DNA of 64,000 nucleotides, taken from positions 1,763-65,762 of the forward strand of contig JAWKIL010000026.1 of the NCBI GenBank assembly GCA_041394285.1, in the 5' to 3' direction. Below, one piece after another: positions 17,691 through 26,445 of this stretch; positions within the stretch are counted from its first letter, which is position 1, and every line of letters starts with the position of its first letter. Origin of the DNA: Acidimicrobiales bacterium. Its GTDB lineage: Bacteria > Actinomycetota > Acidimicrobiia > Acidimicrobiales > SZUA-35. The translations under genes and the position numbers were made by a program. The notes under the pieces were generated by a model, which saw only the letters and a list, made by a program, of their open reading frames with translations, had not been told where the DNA came from and ran no database searches.

Positions 17691-18479
17691 CTACAGCTTC
17701 TCGTTGAGGTAGGCGAGGACGTCGGCCCACAGCTCGTGGGCCCGCTCCTCGTTGTAGGAGTCGCGGTAGTCGGCCAGGAAGGCGTGGCCCGCCCCCTCGT
17801 ACAGCTTGAACTGCACGTCCTTGCCCGCCTCCACCAGCGTGTCCCGCAGCGACGTCAGCTCCTCGGGCGACGGGTTCTGGTCGTCGGCCCCGCCCACCAG
17901 GAAGATGGGGCAGCTCAGGTTGCCGGCCAGCGCGGCCGGCGGCGTGGGACGGGCGTCGGTGGTGTCGTCCTCGAACGTGGCCCGGTTCAGGAAACCGCCC
18001 CAGCAGGGGATGGCGGCGTCGAACTTGGTGGACGAGAAGGCGGTGAGAGCAGTGGCCCTGCCGCCCATGCAGTAGCCGGTGATGGCCACCTTGCCGTTCA
18101 CGTCGGGGAGGGAACGAAGGTGGTCGGCCACGGCCTCCACGTCGGACACGATCTGGGCGTCGGGCAGGCCGAACATGGCCGGCAGCACGACCTTGAAGTC
18201 GTGCCCCGGGGCGCCGGTGCGGGCGTAGAGCTCGGGCGAGGCGGCCACGAAGCCGGCGTTGGCGAACCGACGGCACAGGTCCTCGATGTGCTCCACCCGC
18301 CCGAACGCCTCTTCCAGCACGACGATGCCGGGGTGGGGGCCGGGGGCGGTGGGATGGGCGATGTAGACGTCGACCGGGCCCAGCTGCACCGTCTCGGTGC
18401 GGACCCGACTCAGGTCGGTGACTTCTCCCGTGTGCGCCACAGGCGGCAACTCAGTGGGCGGCGGCGCTGCGTGCTGCAC
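17691..18479 (-). CDS. Dienelactone hydrolase family protein
   Basis: 262 aa with GIVVLEEAFG, ITGYCMGG (nucleophile Cys) and GAGHAF. The start is not certain. Confidence 0.8.
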   Translation of the reverse strand: MQHAAPPPTELPPVAHTGEVTDLSRVRTETVQLGPVDVYIAHPTAPGPHPGIVVLEEAFGRVEHIEDLCRRFANAGFVAASPELYARTGAPGHDFKVVLPAMFGLPDAQIVSDVEAVADHLRSLPDVNGKVAITGYCMGGRATALTAFSSTKFDAAIPCWGGFLNRATFEDDTTDARPTPPAALAGNLSCPIFLVGGADDQNPSPEELTSLRDTLVEAGKDVQFKLYEGAGHAFLADYRDSYNEERAHELWADVLAYLNEKL

Positions 18480-18496
18480 GGCCTCTGTTCGGCTTC

Positions 18497-18542
18497 GATC
18501 CAGGCGCCCGGTGCCGTATTTGCGCGCCTGGCGCCACAGATC
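18497..18542. repeat. 46-nt palindromic intergenic element, subfamily C (GATC...CGGTGC..TTTGCGCGC.TGGCGCCACAGATC)
   Basis: gatccaggcgcccggtgccgtatttgcgcgcctggcgccacagatc aligns over its full length with the two copies at 35362-35469. Confidence 0.75.
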
Positions 18543-18558
18543 GTGGAGAGGAGAGATC

Positions 18559-19500
18559 TCAACCGGCTCGGCCCGACCGCCGGCAGGACCTCCCGGGCCA
18601 GGATGTCGATGCAGTCCATGGTGGGCGGGGTCGGGAGCTGGGCCAGGCGATGCGCATGGCGAAAAGGGGATGCCGACCAGCGCTGCGGGCAGCGTCGCCG
18701 GCGGAGCCGGTGAGCCCCCACGAGGCGTAGGCGGCGTACTTGGTGAGCAGGTGGGGGGCGGCCCGGCGGCGGGCCTCGGCTCCGTCGGGGTGGCAGTGGA
18801 CCTCGAGCATCCGCCCGGCCTCGGCCGCCGGGGCCAGGCCGGCCTCGGCCCGCCCGTCGGCGAACACGCCGAGCTGGCGGCGGATCTCGTCGTTGTCGGT
18901 GTTGGGGGCGGCCATGAAGGCGTCGCCTATCCGCCCGCCCCGGCGGATGGCCCGGTCGGTGGTGGCCCCGATCCAGATCGGCGGCCCGCCGGCCCGCACC
19001 GGCGGCGGCAGCACCCGGGCCCCCTCGAACCGGTACCAGCCGCCGTCGTGATCCACCGCCTCCCCCGACCACAGCTTGCGCAGGGCCTCGATCCCGTCGA
19101 GCGTGCGGGCCAGCCGGTCCTCGAACGGCACCCCGAAAGCGGCGAACTCCTCGGGCCGGTAGCCCTGACCGACGGTGAGGATGAACCGGCCGCCGCAGGC
19201 GATGTCGATCAGGGCCACCTGCTCGGCCACGTCGACCGGCCGGTGCAGCGGCAGCAGCACGAGGTTGGTGCCCAGCGCCATGTCGCCCGAGTGGGCGGCC
19301 AGATGCGACAGCAGGGCGAGCTGGGGGAAGAAGTGGAACCCGGGGGTGAGGTGGTGCTCGCCGGCCCAGATCGAGTCGAACCCCCCGGCCTCGGCCGCCT
19401 GCACCTGGGCCACCAACTCGGCCAGCCGGGAGGGGGCGTGATCGGTGTCGGGGTGTTGGGAGTTGAGGTAGATACCGATCTTCAACGGTGCGGCCGCCAT
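18559..19500 (-). CDS. LLM-class (luciferase-like) flavin/F420-dependent oxidoreductase; the C-terminal about 45 aa look frame-scrambled
   Basis: Starts at MAAAPLKIGIYLNSQ, with GFDSIWAGEHH and LTVGQGYRPEEF. See the finding on 18559-18700. Confidence 0.8.
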   Translation of the reverse strand: MAAAPLKIGIYLNSQHPDTDHAPSRLAELVAQVQAAEAGGFDSIWAGEHHLTPGFHFFPQLALLSHLAAHSGDMALGTNLVLLPLHRPVDVAEQVALIDIACGGRFILTVGQGYRPEEFAAFGVPFEDRLARTLDGIEALRKLWSGEAVDHDGGWYRFEGARVLPPPVRAGGPPIWIGATTDRAIRRGGRIGDAFMAAPNTDNDEIRRQLGVFADGRAEAGLAPAAEAGRMLEVHCHPDGAEARRRAAPHLLTKYAAYASWGLTGSAGDAARSAGRHPLFAMRIAWPSSRPRPPWTASTSWPGRSCRRSGRAG

Positions 19501-19514
19501 GCTCGCCTCGCTCC

Positions 19515-19907
19515 TCAGCCCCGGGTGGTGACGTGGTAGGGGGTGGCCAGGATGATCACCCGGTCGGCGGCGTCGGGCGGGATCTGGGGCCCGCGGCCGT
19601 AGCGCTGGGAGAGGGCGTCGTACTCGGCCCCGGTGGGATCGGGCACGATCTCGGCCACCGTCGCCCGCACCTCCAGATAGCGGGCCATGTTGTCGGGGTC
19701 GACGATGGAGATGGCCAGATGGGGGTTCGCCTGCAGCTGGGCGTACTTGCGCCGGGTGGAGGTGTGGGTGAAGCGGAGGTGGGTGCCGTCCCACGACACC
19801 CACATCGGATTCGACTGGGGCCGTCCGGCCGGGCTCACCGTGGCCAGATGGCAGTAGAGGGGCCGGTGCAGCAGATCCAGGTGGCTGTCGGGAATGAGGG
19901 AAGTCAT
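19515..19907 (-). CDS. PPOX-class (pyridoxamine 5'-phosphate oxidase-like) F420/FMN-binding protein
   Basis: 130 aa, MTSLIPDSHLDLLHRPLYCHLATVSPAGRPQSNPMW...LAISIVDPDN. Its stop is 14 nt upstream of the LLM start, so the two form an operon. Confidence 0.8.
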   Translation of the reverse strand: MTSLIPDSHLDLLHRPLYCHLATVSPAGRPQSNPMWVSWDGTHLRFTHTSTRRKYAQLQANPHLAISIVDPDNMARYLEVRATVAEIVPDPTGAEYDALSQRYGRGPQIPPDAADRVIILATPYHVTTRG

Positions 19908-20024
19908 AAGCCGGACAGTCTCACACGGCGGGGCCCCTGGCGCCACGGGTACGGCCCGGCTGGCGCCACGGGCCGGGGGCCAGCAAGATGACGGAGGGCG
20001 CAGGGCGAAGAGGGAGAGGGACCG

Positions 20025-21197
20025 GTGAACATCTCGGGTACGGCCGCCATCGTGGGGATCGGCGAGACCGACTATGTGCGGGGCGCCGATGTGGGTGTGC
20101 CGGAGCTCGTGCTCCAGGCGGCGATGACCGCCATCGACGACAGCGGCCTCGACGCCAGCGAGATCGACGGGATCCTGCCCCCGCCCGGCTTCATCTCCAC
20201 CGAGGAGATCGCCGCCAACCTCGGCATCCCCGACCTCCACTACTCGGTCACCGTCCACATGGGCGGGGCCAGCCCCACGGCCTCCCTCCAGTCGGCGGTG
20301 ATGGCGATCACGGCCGGCATCGCCACCAACGTGCTCGTGGTGCTCGGCTGGAACGGCTACTCGGCCCTGCGGCCCCGACCCGACGTGCGCCCGCCCCGGC
20401 GGGGCCTCGACCCCGGCCCGTTCATCGACGTGAGCCGCAACTTCTACGCCCCCTACGGGGTGCGATCGGCCGTGCAGTGGTATTCGATGTACATCAACCG
20501 CTACGTGCGGCGCTACGGCATCGAGCCCGAGTCGGCCGCCGCCGTGGCTCTCGCCTGCCGGGCCCACGCCCAGCTCAACGACAAGGCCCTCATGCGGGGT
20601 CGGCCGCTCACCCTGGACGACTACCTGGCGGCGCCCTACATCACCGAGCCCATGCGCAAGCTGGACTGCTGCCTGGAGACCGACTGCGCAGCGGCCGTGG
20701 TGCTCACGTCGGCCGAGCGGGCCCGGGACCTGCGCCACACGCCGGTGCTGTGGCTGGGCGGAGCCGAAGGCCATCCCTATCCGGCCGATGAGATCACCAA
20801 CCGCCCCGACATCTTGAAGCTCGGCCTCCACACCGCCGCCCCCCGGGCGTTCGCCATGGCCGGCGTCACCCCCACCGACCTCGACTTCCTCCAGATCTAC
20901 GACTGCTTCACCTACGTGGTGCTGATGGAGCTGGAAGCTCTGGGCATCTGCGAGGAGGGCGGGGCCGGTGAGTTCGTGAAGAACGGCACGATCGACCTGG
21001 GTGGCCGGTACCCGTTGAACACGCATGGCGGCCTGCTGTCGCAGGGCCACTGCTGGGGTCTCAACCATGTGGTGGAGGCCACCCGCCAGCTCCGCCACGA
21101 GGCGGGTGCGGCCCAGGTGGAGGGGTGTGAGCTGGGCGTGGTGACCGGCTACGGCGACCTGGGCGACGGCAGCATCGCGATCCTGGCCCGGGGCTGA
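20025..21197 (+). CDS. Thiolase-like protein (SCP-x / lipid-transfer-protein Ltp type)
   Basis: 390 aa with [13 protein letters not shown] near the N-terminus and [11 protein letters not shown] near the C-terminus. It is paired with a DUF35 protein, as is usual for this subgroup. Confidence 0.85.
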   Translation: MNISGTAAIVGIGETDYVRGADVGVPELVLQAAMTAIDDSGLDASEIDGILPPPGFISTEEIAANLGIPDLHYSVTVHMGGASPTASLQSAVMAITAGIATNVLVVLGWNGYSALRPRPDVRPPRRGLDPGPFIDVSRNFYAPYGVRSAVQWYSMYINRYVRRYGIEPESAAAVALACRAHAQLNDKALMRGRPLTLDDYLAAPYITEPMRKLDCCLETDCAAAVVLTSAERARDLRHTPVLWLGGAEGHPYPADEITNRPDILKLGLHTAAPRAFAMAGVTPTDLDFLQIYDCFTYVVLMELEALGICEEGGAGEFVKNGTIDLGGRYPLNTHGGLLSQGHCWGLNHVVEATRQLRHEAGAAQVEGCELGVVTGYGDLGDGSIAILARG

Positions 21198-21222
21198 GAC
21201 GAGGGACGAGGAGAGACACGAC

Positions 21223-21657
21223 ATGAGCGAGCAGACCCAGCCGGCGCCGGTGGCCAAGAAGTACGTGCCCCGGCCCGAGGGCATCAACCTCGAGTTCCAC
21301 CTGCCGGCGGTGGCCACCGGCATGCTCCACATCCAGCGCTGCTCGGCTTGCGGCACCTGGCGCCACCCGCCCCGCTGGTACTGCCCGGCGTGCCACTCGC
21401 CGGAGTACACCTTCGAGCCGGTGTCGGGCCGGGGGACGCTGTACTCGCTGGCCATCAACCACTTCACGGTGGATCGGGCCTGGATCGAGGAGGTCCCCTA
21501 CGTGACGGCGGTGGTGGAGCTGGAGGAGGGGCCCCGGGTGGTGGGCTCGCTGCGGGGCATCCCGGCCGACCAGGTCGACATCGGCCTCCCCGTCGTCGTC
21601 ACCCCCGAACCCCGGGGCGACGAGTTCGCCTTCCTCTGGGTCGATCCGGTGCGCTAG
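21223..21657 (+). CDS. Zn-ribbon / OB-fold protein (DUF35 family)
   Basis: 144 aa with rubredoxin-like CSACGTWRHPPRWYCPACHS followed by an OB-fold segment. Its stop codon lies inside the first copy of the 32-bp repeat. Confidence 0.85.
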   Translation: MSEQTQPAPVAKKYVPRPEGINLEFHLPAVATGMLHIQRCSACGTWRHPPRWYCPACHSPEYTFEPVSGRGTLYSLAINHFTVDRAWIEEVPYVTAVVELEEGPRVVGSLRGIPADQVDIGLPVVVTPEPRGDEFAFLWVDPVR

Positions 21658-21741
21658 CACCGGGCGACACGTCGATACCGGTGCGCTAGCACCGGGCGAC
21701 ACGTCGATACCGGTGCGCTAGCACCGGGCGACACGTCGATT
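21646..21741. repeat. 3 x 32-bp perfect tandem repeat, each unit with a ggtgc-gcta-gcacc mini-hairpin, upstream of the kdp operon
   Basis: The unit ccggtgcgctagcaccgggcgacacgtcgata starts at 21646, 21678 and 21710. Only the last base of copy 3 differs. Confidence 0.9.
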
Positions 21742-21880
21742 CGCGGGCGCTGACGTCGCCCACGCCACCGCCGTACCGGAACCGACAAGATCGGCGGGAG
21801 AGGCGTCAAGAACCCGATAAGGCCGCTGACCGGCGACCGGGCCGGGGGTACCACTGAGGCATCCCTGAAAGGAGCCTCGG

Positions 21881-22036
21881 ATGACCGACCTGCTCTACCT
21901 GGCCCTGATCGGCGGCTTTCTGGCCGGCGCCGGGTGGTACGTCTCCGCCATCGCCACGTTCGCCTCGGTCGGGGCGCCACCCCCGCCGACTGCCGCCGCC
22001 CCGGCTGCGCCCGACCGGCGGGTGCGTCGGTCATGA
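21881..22036 (+). CDS. Unlisted 51-aa small membrane protein ORF, translationally coupled to kdpF
   Basis: The ATG at 21881 is preceded by GAAAGGAG 6 nt upstream. Translation: [51 protein letters not shown]. It has one TM helix and a basic tail, GC3 of about 88%, and a stop that overlaps the kdpF ATG (ATGA). Confidence 0.45.
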   Translation: MTDLLYLALIGGFLAGAGWYVSAIATFASVGAPPPPTAAAPAAPDRRVRRS

Positions 22037-22140
22037 CCGCCCTCACCACGGCCACCGTCGACAACTGGGTTGCGCTGGCGGTGGCCGTCGCCCTCATCGT
22101 CTTCATGCTGGTGGCCCTGCTCCACCCGGAGCGGTTCTGA
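22033..22140 (+). CDS. kdpF: K+-transporting ATPase subunit F
   Basis: 35 aa, [35 protein letters not shown]. It is a single TM helix with the typical xPERF end, and its stop overlaps the kdpA ATG. Confidence 0.7.
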   Translation: MTALTTATVDNWVALAVAVALIVFMLVALLHPERF

Positions 22141-23852
22141 TGGACGCCGGTGCGTTCCTCCAACTGGTGATCCTGGGTACGGCCCTGGCCGTCACCGTCC
22201 CCCTCCTCGGGCGGTGGCTGGCCGCGGTCTACGACACCGGCCGCCCCGCCCCGCTCGACCGCTTCTTCCTCCCTGCGGAGCACCGCATCTACCGCTGGTG
22301 CGGGATCGATCCCGACCGGGAGCAGCGCTGGGACGCCTACGCCCGCTCGGTGCTGATGTTCGGCCTGGTGGGGATCGTCGGCCTCTACGCCCTGCTCCGC
22401 CTGCAGGGGCACCTGCCGCTCAACCCGACCGGCCGGGCCGGGGCCAGCCCGCTCGTGTCGTTCAACACCGCCGTCAGTTTCGTGACCAACACCAACTGGC
22501 AGGTCTACGGCGGCGAGTCGACGCTCAGCCATCTCAGCCAGATGGCGGGGCTCACCGTGCAGAACTTCGTGTCGGCCGCAGTGGGCATGGCGGTGGGCGC
22601 AGCCGTGATCCGGGGCTTCGCCCGCTCCGGGTCGGCCACCATCGGCAACTTCTGGGTGGACACCGTGCGGTCCACCACCCGGGTGCTCTTGCCGCTGTCG
22701 ATCGTGATGGCTCTGTTTCTCGTGTCGCAGGGGGTGATCCAGAACCTGCACGGCCTCCAGGCCGTCACCGGCGTCGACGGCACGGCCCAGGTCGTGCCGG
22801 GCGGGCCGGTGGCGAGCCAGGTCGCGATCAAGCAGCTGGGCACGAACGGCGGCGGGTTCTTCAGCGCCAACGCCGCCCACCCGTTCGAGAACCCCGGGCC
22901 CCTGTCCAACCTCGTCCAGCTGTGGGCGATCCTCGCCCTGCCCCTCGCCTTCCCCCTGGCCTTCGGGCGGCTGGTGGGCGACCGGCGCCAGGGTCGGGTG
23001 CTGCTGGCGGTGATGGTGGGCCTGTGGCTGACCTCGGTGCTGGTGGCCACCTACGCCCAGACCGGCGGCAACCCGTCGGTGCCGGCGGGGGTGACCCAGG
23101 CCCCCACGGCCGAGCTGGCCGGCGGAGGCTGGATGGAGGGCACCGAGACCCGCTTCGGGGCCTCCGGGTGCGGACTGTGGGCCGCCACCACCACGGCCAC
23201 CTCCAGCGGGTCGGTGAACTGCCAGCACGACTCGATGACCGCCGTGGGCGGCGGGACGGCGATGGTCAACATCCTGCTCGGCGAGCTGAGCCCGGGCGGG
23301 GTGGGCGTCGGTTTCATGGGCCTGATGGTCTACGCCGTGCTGGCCGTGTTCGTGGCCGGCCTGATGGTGGGCCGCACCCCGGAGTACCTGGGCAAGAAGA
23401 TCCAGGCGTCCGAGGTGAAGCTCGCCATGCTCTACCTCCTGGCCGCCCCGGCGGCCATCCTCGCCTTCGCCGCCGCCTCCGTTGTTGCCGGGCCCGGCCT
23501 CGCCGGGATCGCCAACCCCGGCCCCCACGGGCTGAGCGAGGTGCTCTACGCCTTCGGGTCGGGAGCCGGCAACAACGGCTCGGCCTTCGGCGGCCTGGCC
23601 GCCGGGAGCGACTGGTACGGCACCACGGTAGGGCTGGCGATGCTCATCGGACGGTTCCTGCTGATCGTGCCGGCCCTCGGCCTGGCCGGCTCCCTGGCGT
23701 CCAAGGGGGCAGTGCCGGCCACCGCCGGCACCTTCCCCACCCACACCCCGCTGTTCGCCGGCCTGGTCGCCGGGGTGGTGGTGATCGTGGCCGGCCTCAC
23801 GTTCTTCCCCGTTCTGGCCCTGGGCCCGATGCTGGAGGCGCTGCAGTCATGA
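22140..23852 (+). CDS. kdpA: K+-transporting ATPase subunit A (potassium-binding)
   Basis: 570 aa, polytopic, with typical KdpA sequence ([46 protein letters not shown]). Confidence 0.95.
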   Translation: MDAGAFLQLVILGTALAVTVPLLGRWLAAVYDTGRPAPLDRFFLPAEHRIYRWCGIDPDREQRWDAYARSVLMFGLVGIVGLYALLRLQGHLPLNPTGRAGASPLVSFNTAVSFVTNTNWQVYGGESTLSHLSQMAGLTVQNFVSAAVGMAVGAAVIRGFARSGSATIGNFWVDTVRSTTRVLLPLSIVMALFLVSQGVIQNLHGLQAVTGVDGTAQVVPGGPVASQVAIKQLGTNGGGFFSANAAHPFENPGPLSNLVQLWAILALPLAFPLAFGRLVGDRRQGRVLLAVMVGLWLTSVLVATYAQTGGNPSVPAGVTQAPTAELAGGGWMEGTETRFGASGCGLWAATTTATSSGSVNCQHDSMTAVGGGTAMVNILLGELSPGGVGVGFMGLMVYAVLAVFVAGLMVGRTPEYLGKKIQASEVKLAMLYLLAAPAAILAFAAASVVAGPGLAGIANPGPHGLSEVLYAFGSGAGNNGSAFGGLAAGSDWYGTTVGLAMLIGRFLLIVPALGLAGSLASKGAVPATAGTFPTHTPLFAGLVAGVVVIVAGLTFFPVLALGPMLEALQS

Positions 23853-25876
23853 ACCGCTTGTTCGATCGGGCCGTCGCCGGCCCGGCGGCGCTCGAGGCCG
23901 CACGCAAGCTCGATCCCCGCACCATGGCCCGCAACCCGGTGATGTTCGTGGTGGAGGTGGGAGCGGTGGGCAGCAGCATCCTGTGGCTCCGGGATCTGAC
24001 GTCGGCCCCGGCCCCGGAGAGCATCTTCGCCGGCTCGGTCGCCGTCTGGCTGTGGTTCACCGTGCTGTTCGCCAACTTCGCCGAGGCCATGGCCGAGGGA
24101 CGGGGCAAGGCCCAGGCCGCCTCGCTGCGTAGGACCCGGACCGAGACGACCGCCCGGGTTCGCCGGCCAGGTGGCGCCATCGACGAGGTCACCTCCACCG
24201 CCCTGGCCGTGGGCGACGAGTGCGTGGTGGAGGCGGGCGACCTCATCCCGGGCGACGGCGACGTGGTGGAGGGCATAGCCAGCGTCGACGAGTCGGCCAT
24301 CACCGGGGAGTCGGCCCCGGTGATCCGGGAGTCGGGCGGCGACCGCTCGGCCGTCACCGGCGGTACCCGGGTGTTGTCGGACCGGATCGTGGTGCGGATC
24401 ACGGCCCGGGCCGGTGAGAGCTTCCTCGACCGGATGATCGCCCTGGTGGAGGGGGCCGATCGGCAGAAGACGCCGAACGAGGTTGCGCTGTCGATCCTGC
24501 TGGCCGGCCTCACGATCGTGTTCCTCCTGGCCGTGGTGGCGCTGCAGCCGTTCGCCATCTACTCCGGCGACGCCCAGACGATCGTGGTGCTGACGGCCCT
24601 GCTGGTCTGCCTCATCCCCACCACCATCGGCGGGTTGCTGTCGGCGATCGGCATCGCCGGCATGGACCGCCTGGTGCAGCGCAACGTGCTGGCCACCAGC
24701 GGCCGGGCGGTGGAGGCGGCGGGCGACTGCTCCACCCTCCTGCTCGACAAGACCGGCACGATCACCTTCGGCAACCGGCGGGCCACCCGCCTGGTGCCGG
24801 CCCACGGGGTCGGCGAGGCCGACCTGGCCCGGGCGGCGTGGCTGGCCAGCCTGGCCGACGACACCCCCGAGGGCCGCTCGATCGTCGAGCTGGCGCAGGC
24901 CGACGGCGCCGACGGCGATCCGGGCCGGCGGGGTGGGACGTTCGTGCCCTTCACCGCCGCCACCCGCATGAGCGGGGTCGACCTGCCCGACGGCCGCCAG
25001 ATCCGCAAGGGGGTGGCCGACGCGGTGAAGGGCTGGGTGGCCGACGCCGGCGCAATCGTTCCCGACGAGGTGGTGACGGTGGTCGACCGGGTGGCCGACG
25101 CCGGCGGCACCCCGCTGGTGGTGGCCGACACCGACCGGGTGCTCGGCGTGATCCAGCTCGACGACGTGGTGAAGCCCGGCATGCGGGAACGGTTCGACCA
25201 GCTGCGGGCGCTCGGGATCCGCACCGTGATGGTGACCGGCGACAATCCCCGCACGGCCCGCGTCATCGGCGCCGAGGCGGGGGTCGACGACGTGCTGGCC
25301 GAGGCCACCCCTGAAGACAAGCTGGCCCTCATCCGCGCCGAGCAGGCCGGGGGGAACCTGGTGGCCATGACCGGCGACGGCACCAACGACGCCCCGGCGC
25401 TGTCCCAGGCCGACGTGGGGGTGGCGATGAACACCGGAACCCAGGCGGCCAAGGAGGCGGCCAACATGATCGATCTCGACTCCGATCCCACCAAGCTCAT
25501 CGAGATCGTGGCCATCGGCAAGCAGCTGCTGGTGACCCGGGGCGCGCTCACCACGTTCTCCATCGCCAACGACGTGGCCAAGTACTTCGCCATCATCCCG
25601 GCCATGTTCGTGGCCAGCCACCCTGAGCTCGATCGCCTGAACGTCATGCACCTGGCCTCGCCCCGTTCGGCCATCCTCTCGGCCGTGGTGTTCAACGCCC
25701 TGGTGATCGTGGCTCTCATCCCCCTGGCGCTGCGGGGGGTCCGGCTGCGGGCGGCCAGCGCGGCCGAGGTCCTGCGCCACAACCTCCTGGTGTATGGCGC
25801 CGGGGGCCTGGTGGCCCCGTTCGCCGGCATCAAGGCCATCGACATCGTCGTCAACGCCCTGGGAGTGCTCCGATGA
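23849..25876 (+). CDS. kdpB: K+-transporting ATPase subunit B (P-type ATPase)
   Basis: Starts at [10 protein letters not shown]-type motifs DKTGTIT, MVTGDN and [12 protein letters not shown] are present, and the start overlaps the kdpA stop. Confidence 0.95.
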   Translation: MNRLFDRAVAGPAALEAARKLDPRTMARNPVMFVVEVGAVGSSILWLRDLTSAPAPESIFAGSVAVWLWFTVLFANFAEAMAEGRGKAQAASLRRTRTETTARVRRPGGAIDEVTSTALAVGDECVVEAGDLIPGDGDVVEGIASVDESAITGESAPVIRESGGDRSAVTGGTRVLSDRIVVRITARAGESFLDRMIALVEGADRQKTPNEVALSILLAGLTIVFLLAVVALQPFAIYSGDAQTIVVLTALLVCLIPTTIGGLLSAIGIAGMDRLVQRNVLATSGRAVEAAGDCSTLLLDKTGTITFGNRRATRLVPAHGVGEADLARAAWLASLADDTPEGRSIVELAQADGADGDPGRRGGTFVPFTAATRMSGVDLPDGRQIRKGVADAVKGWVADAGAIVPDEVVTVVDRVADAGGTPLVVADTDRVLGVIQLDDVVKPGMRERFDQLRALGIRTVMVTGDNPRTARVIGAEAGVDDVLAEATPEDKLALIRAEQAGGNLVAMTGDGTNDAPALSQADVGVAMNTGTQAAKEAANMIDLDSDPTKLIEIVAIGKQLLVTRGALTTFSIANDVAKYFAIIPAMFVASHPELDRLNVMHLASPRSAILSAVVFNALVIVALIPLALRGVRLRAASAAEVLRHNLLVYGAGGLVAPFAGIKAIDIVVNALGVLR

Positions 25877-26442
25877 TCCGCCAGCTCCGCCCTGCCCTGG
25901 TCGCGCTCGCCCTGTTCACCGTGGTGTCAGGCTTCGCCTACCCGCTCGCCGTCACGGCGCTGGCCCAGGCGGCCATGCCGGGGCGGGCCGACGGCTCGAT
26001 CGTGACCATCCAGGGTCGTCCGGCTGGCTCGACGCTGTTGGCCCAGCCGTTCGGCGGCCCAACCTGGTTCCATCCCCGGCCGTCGGCTGCCAACTACGAC
26101 GCCGCCGCGTCCGGTGGTTCCAACCTGGGCCCGACCAACGTCGACCTGCTGGCCACGATCACCGAGCGGGCCGAGGCGTACCGTCTCGACAACGGCCTGG
26201 CCGATGGCACCGATGTGCCGATCGACGCCGTCACCGCATCGGGCTCCGGCCTCGATCCCGACATCTCCCCGGAGAACGCCCGGCTCCAAGCCCCCCGCGT
26301 GGCGGCGGCTCGGGGACTTCCCCTCGACCGGGTGCTGGCCGCCGTCGACGCTGCCACCAGCAGCCGGACGGCCCATGTGCTGGGTCAGCCACGGGTCAAC
26401 GTGGTCGAGCTGAACGCCGCGCTCGTACGGATCGGTGGCTGA
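25873..26442 (+). CDS. kdpC: K+-transporting ATPase subunit C
   Basis: 189 aa with an N-terminal TM helix, then [14 protein letters not shown], typical of KdpC. Confidence 0.9.
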   Translation: MIRQLRPALVALALFTVVSGFAYPLAVTALAQAAMPGRADGSIVTIQGRPAGSTLLAQPFGGPTWFHPRPSAANYDAAASGGSNLGPTNVDLLATITERAEAYRLDNGLADGTDVPIDAVTASGSGLDPDISPENARLQAPRVAAARGLPLDRVLAAVDAATSSRTAHVLGQPRVNVVELNAALVRIGG

Positions 26443-26445
26443 ACC

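Noticed and set aside
21742-21880. Riboswitch (for example c-di-AMP/ydaO-type) in the kdp leader
   Set aside because: I could not recognise the conserved pseudo-two-fold helices or ACGGGG/CCCG-type motifs by eye. It needs an Infernal scan, so it is not claimed.
21654-25780. Long antisense ORFs (696 aa and 744 aa on the minus strand) across kdpA and kdpB
   Set aside because: They are Arg/Gly/Pro-rich shadow ORFs opposite unmistakable KdpA/KdpB coding frames.
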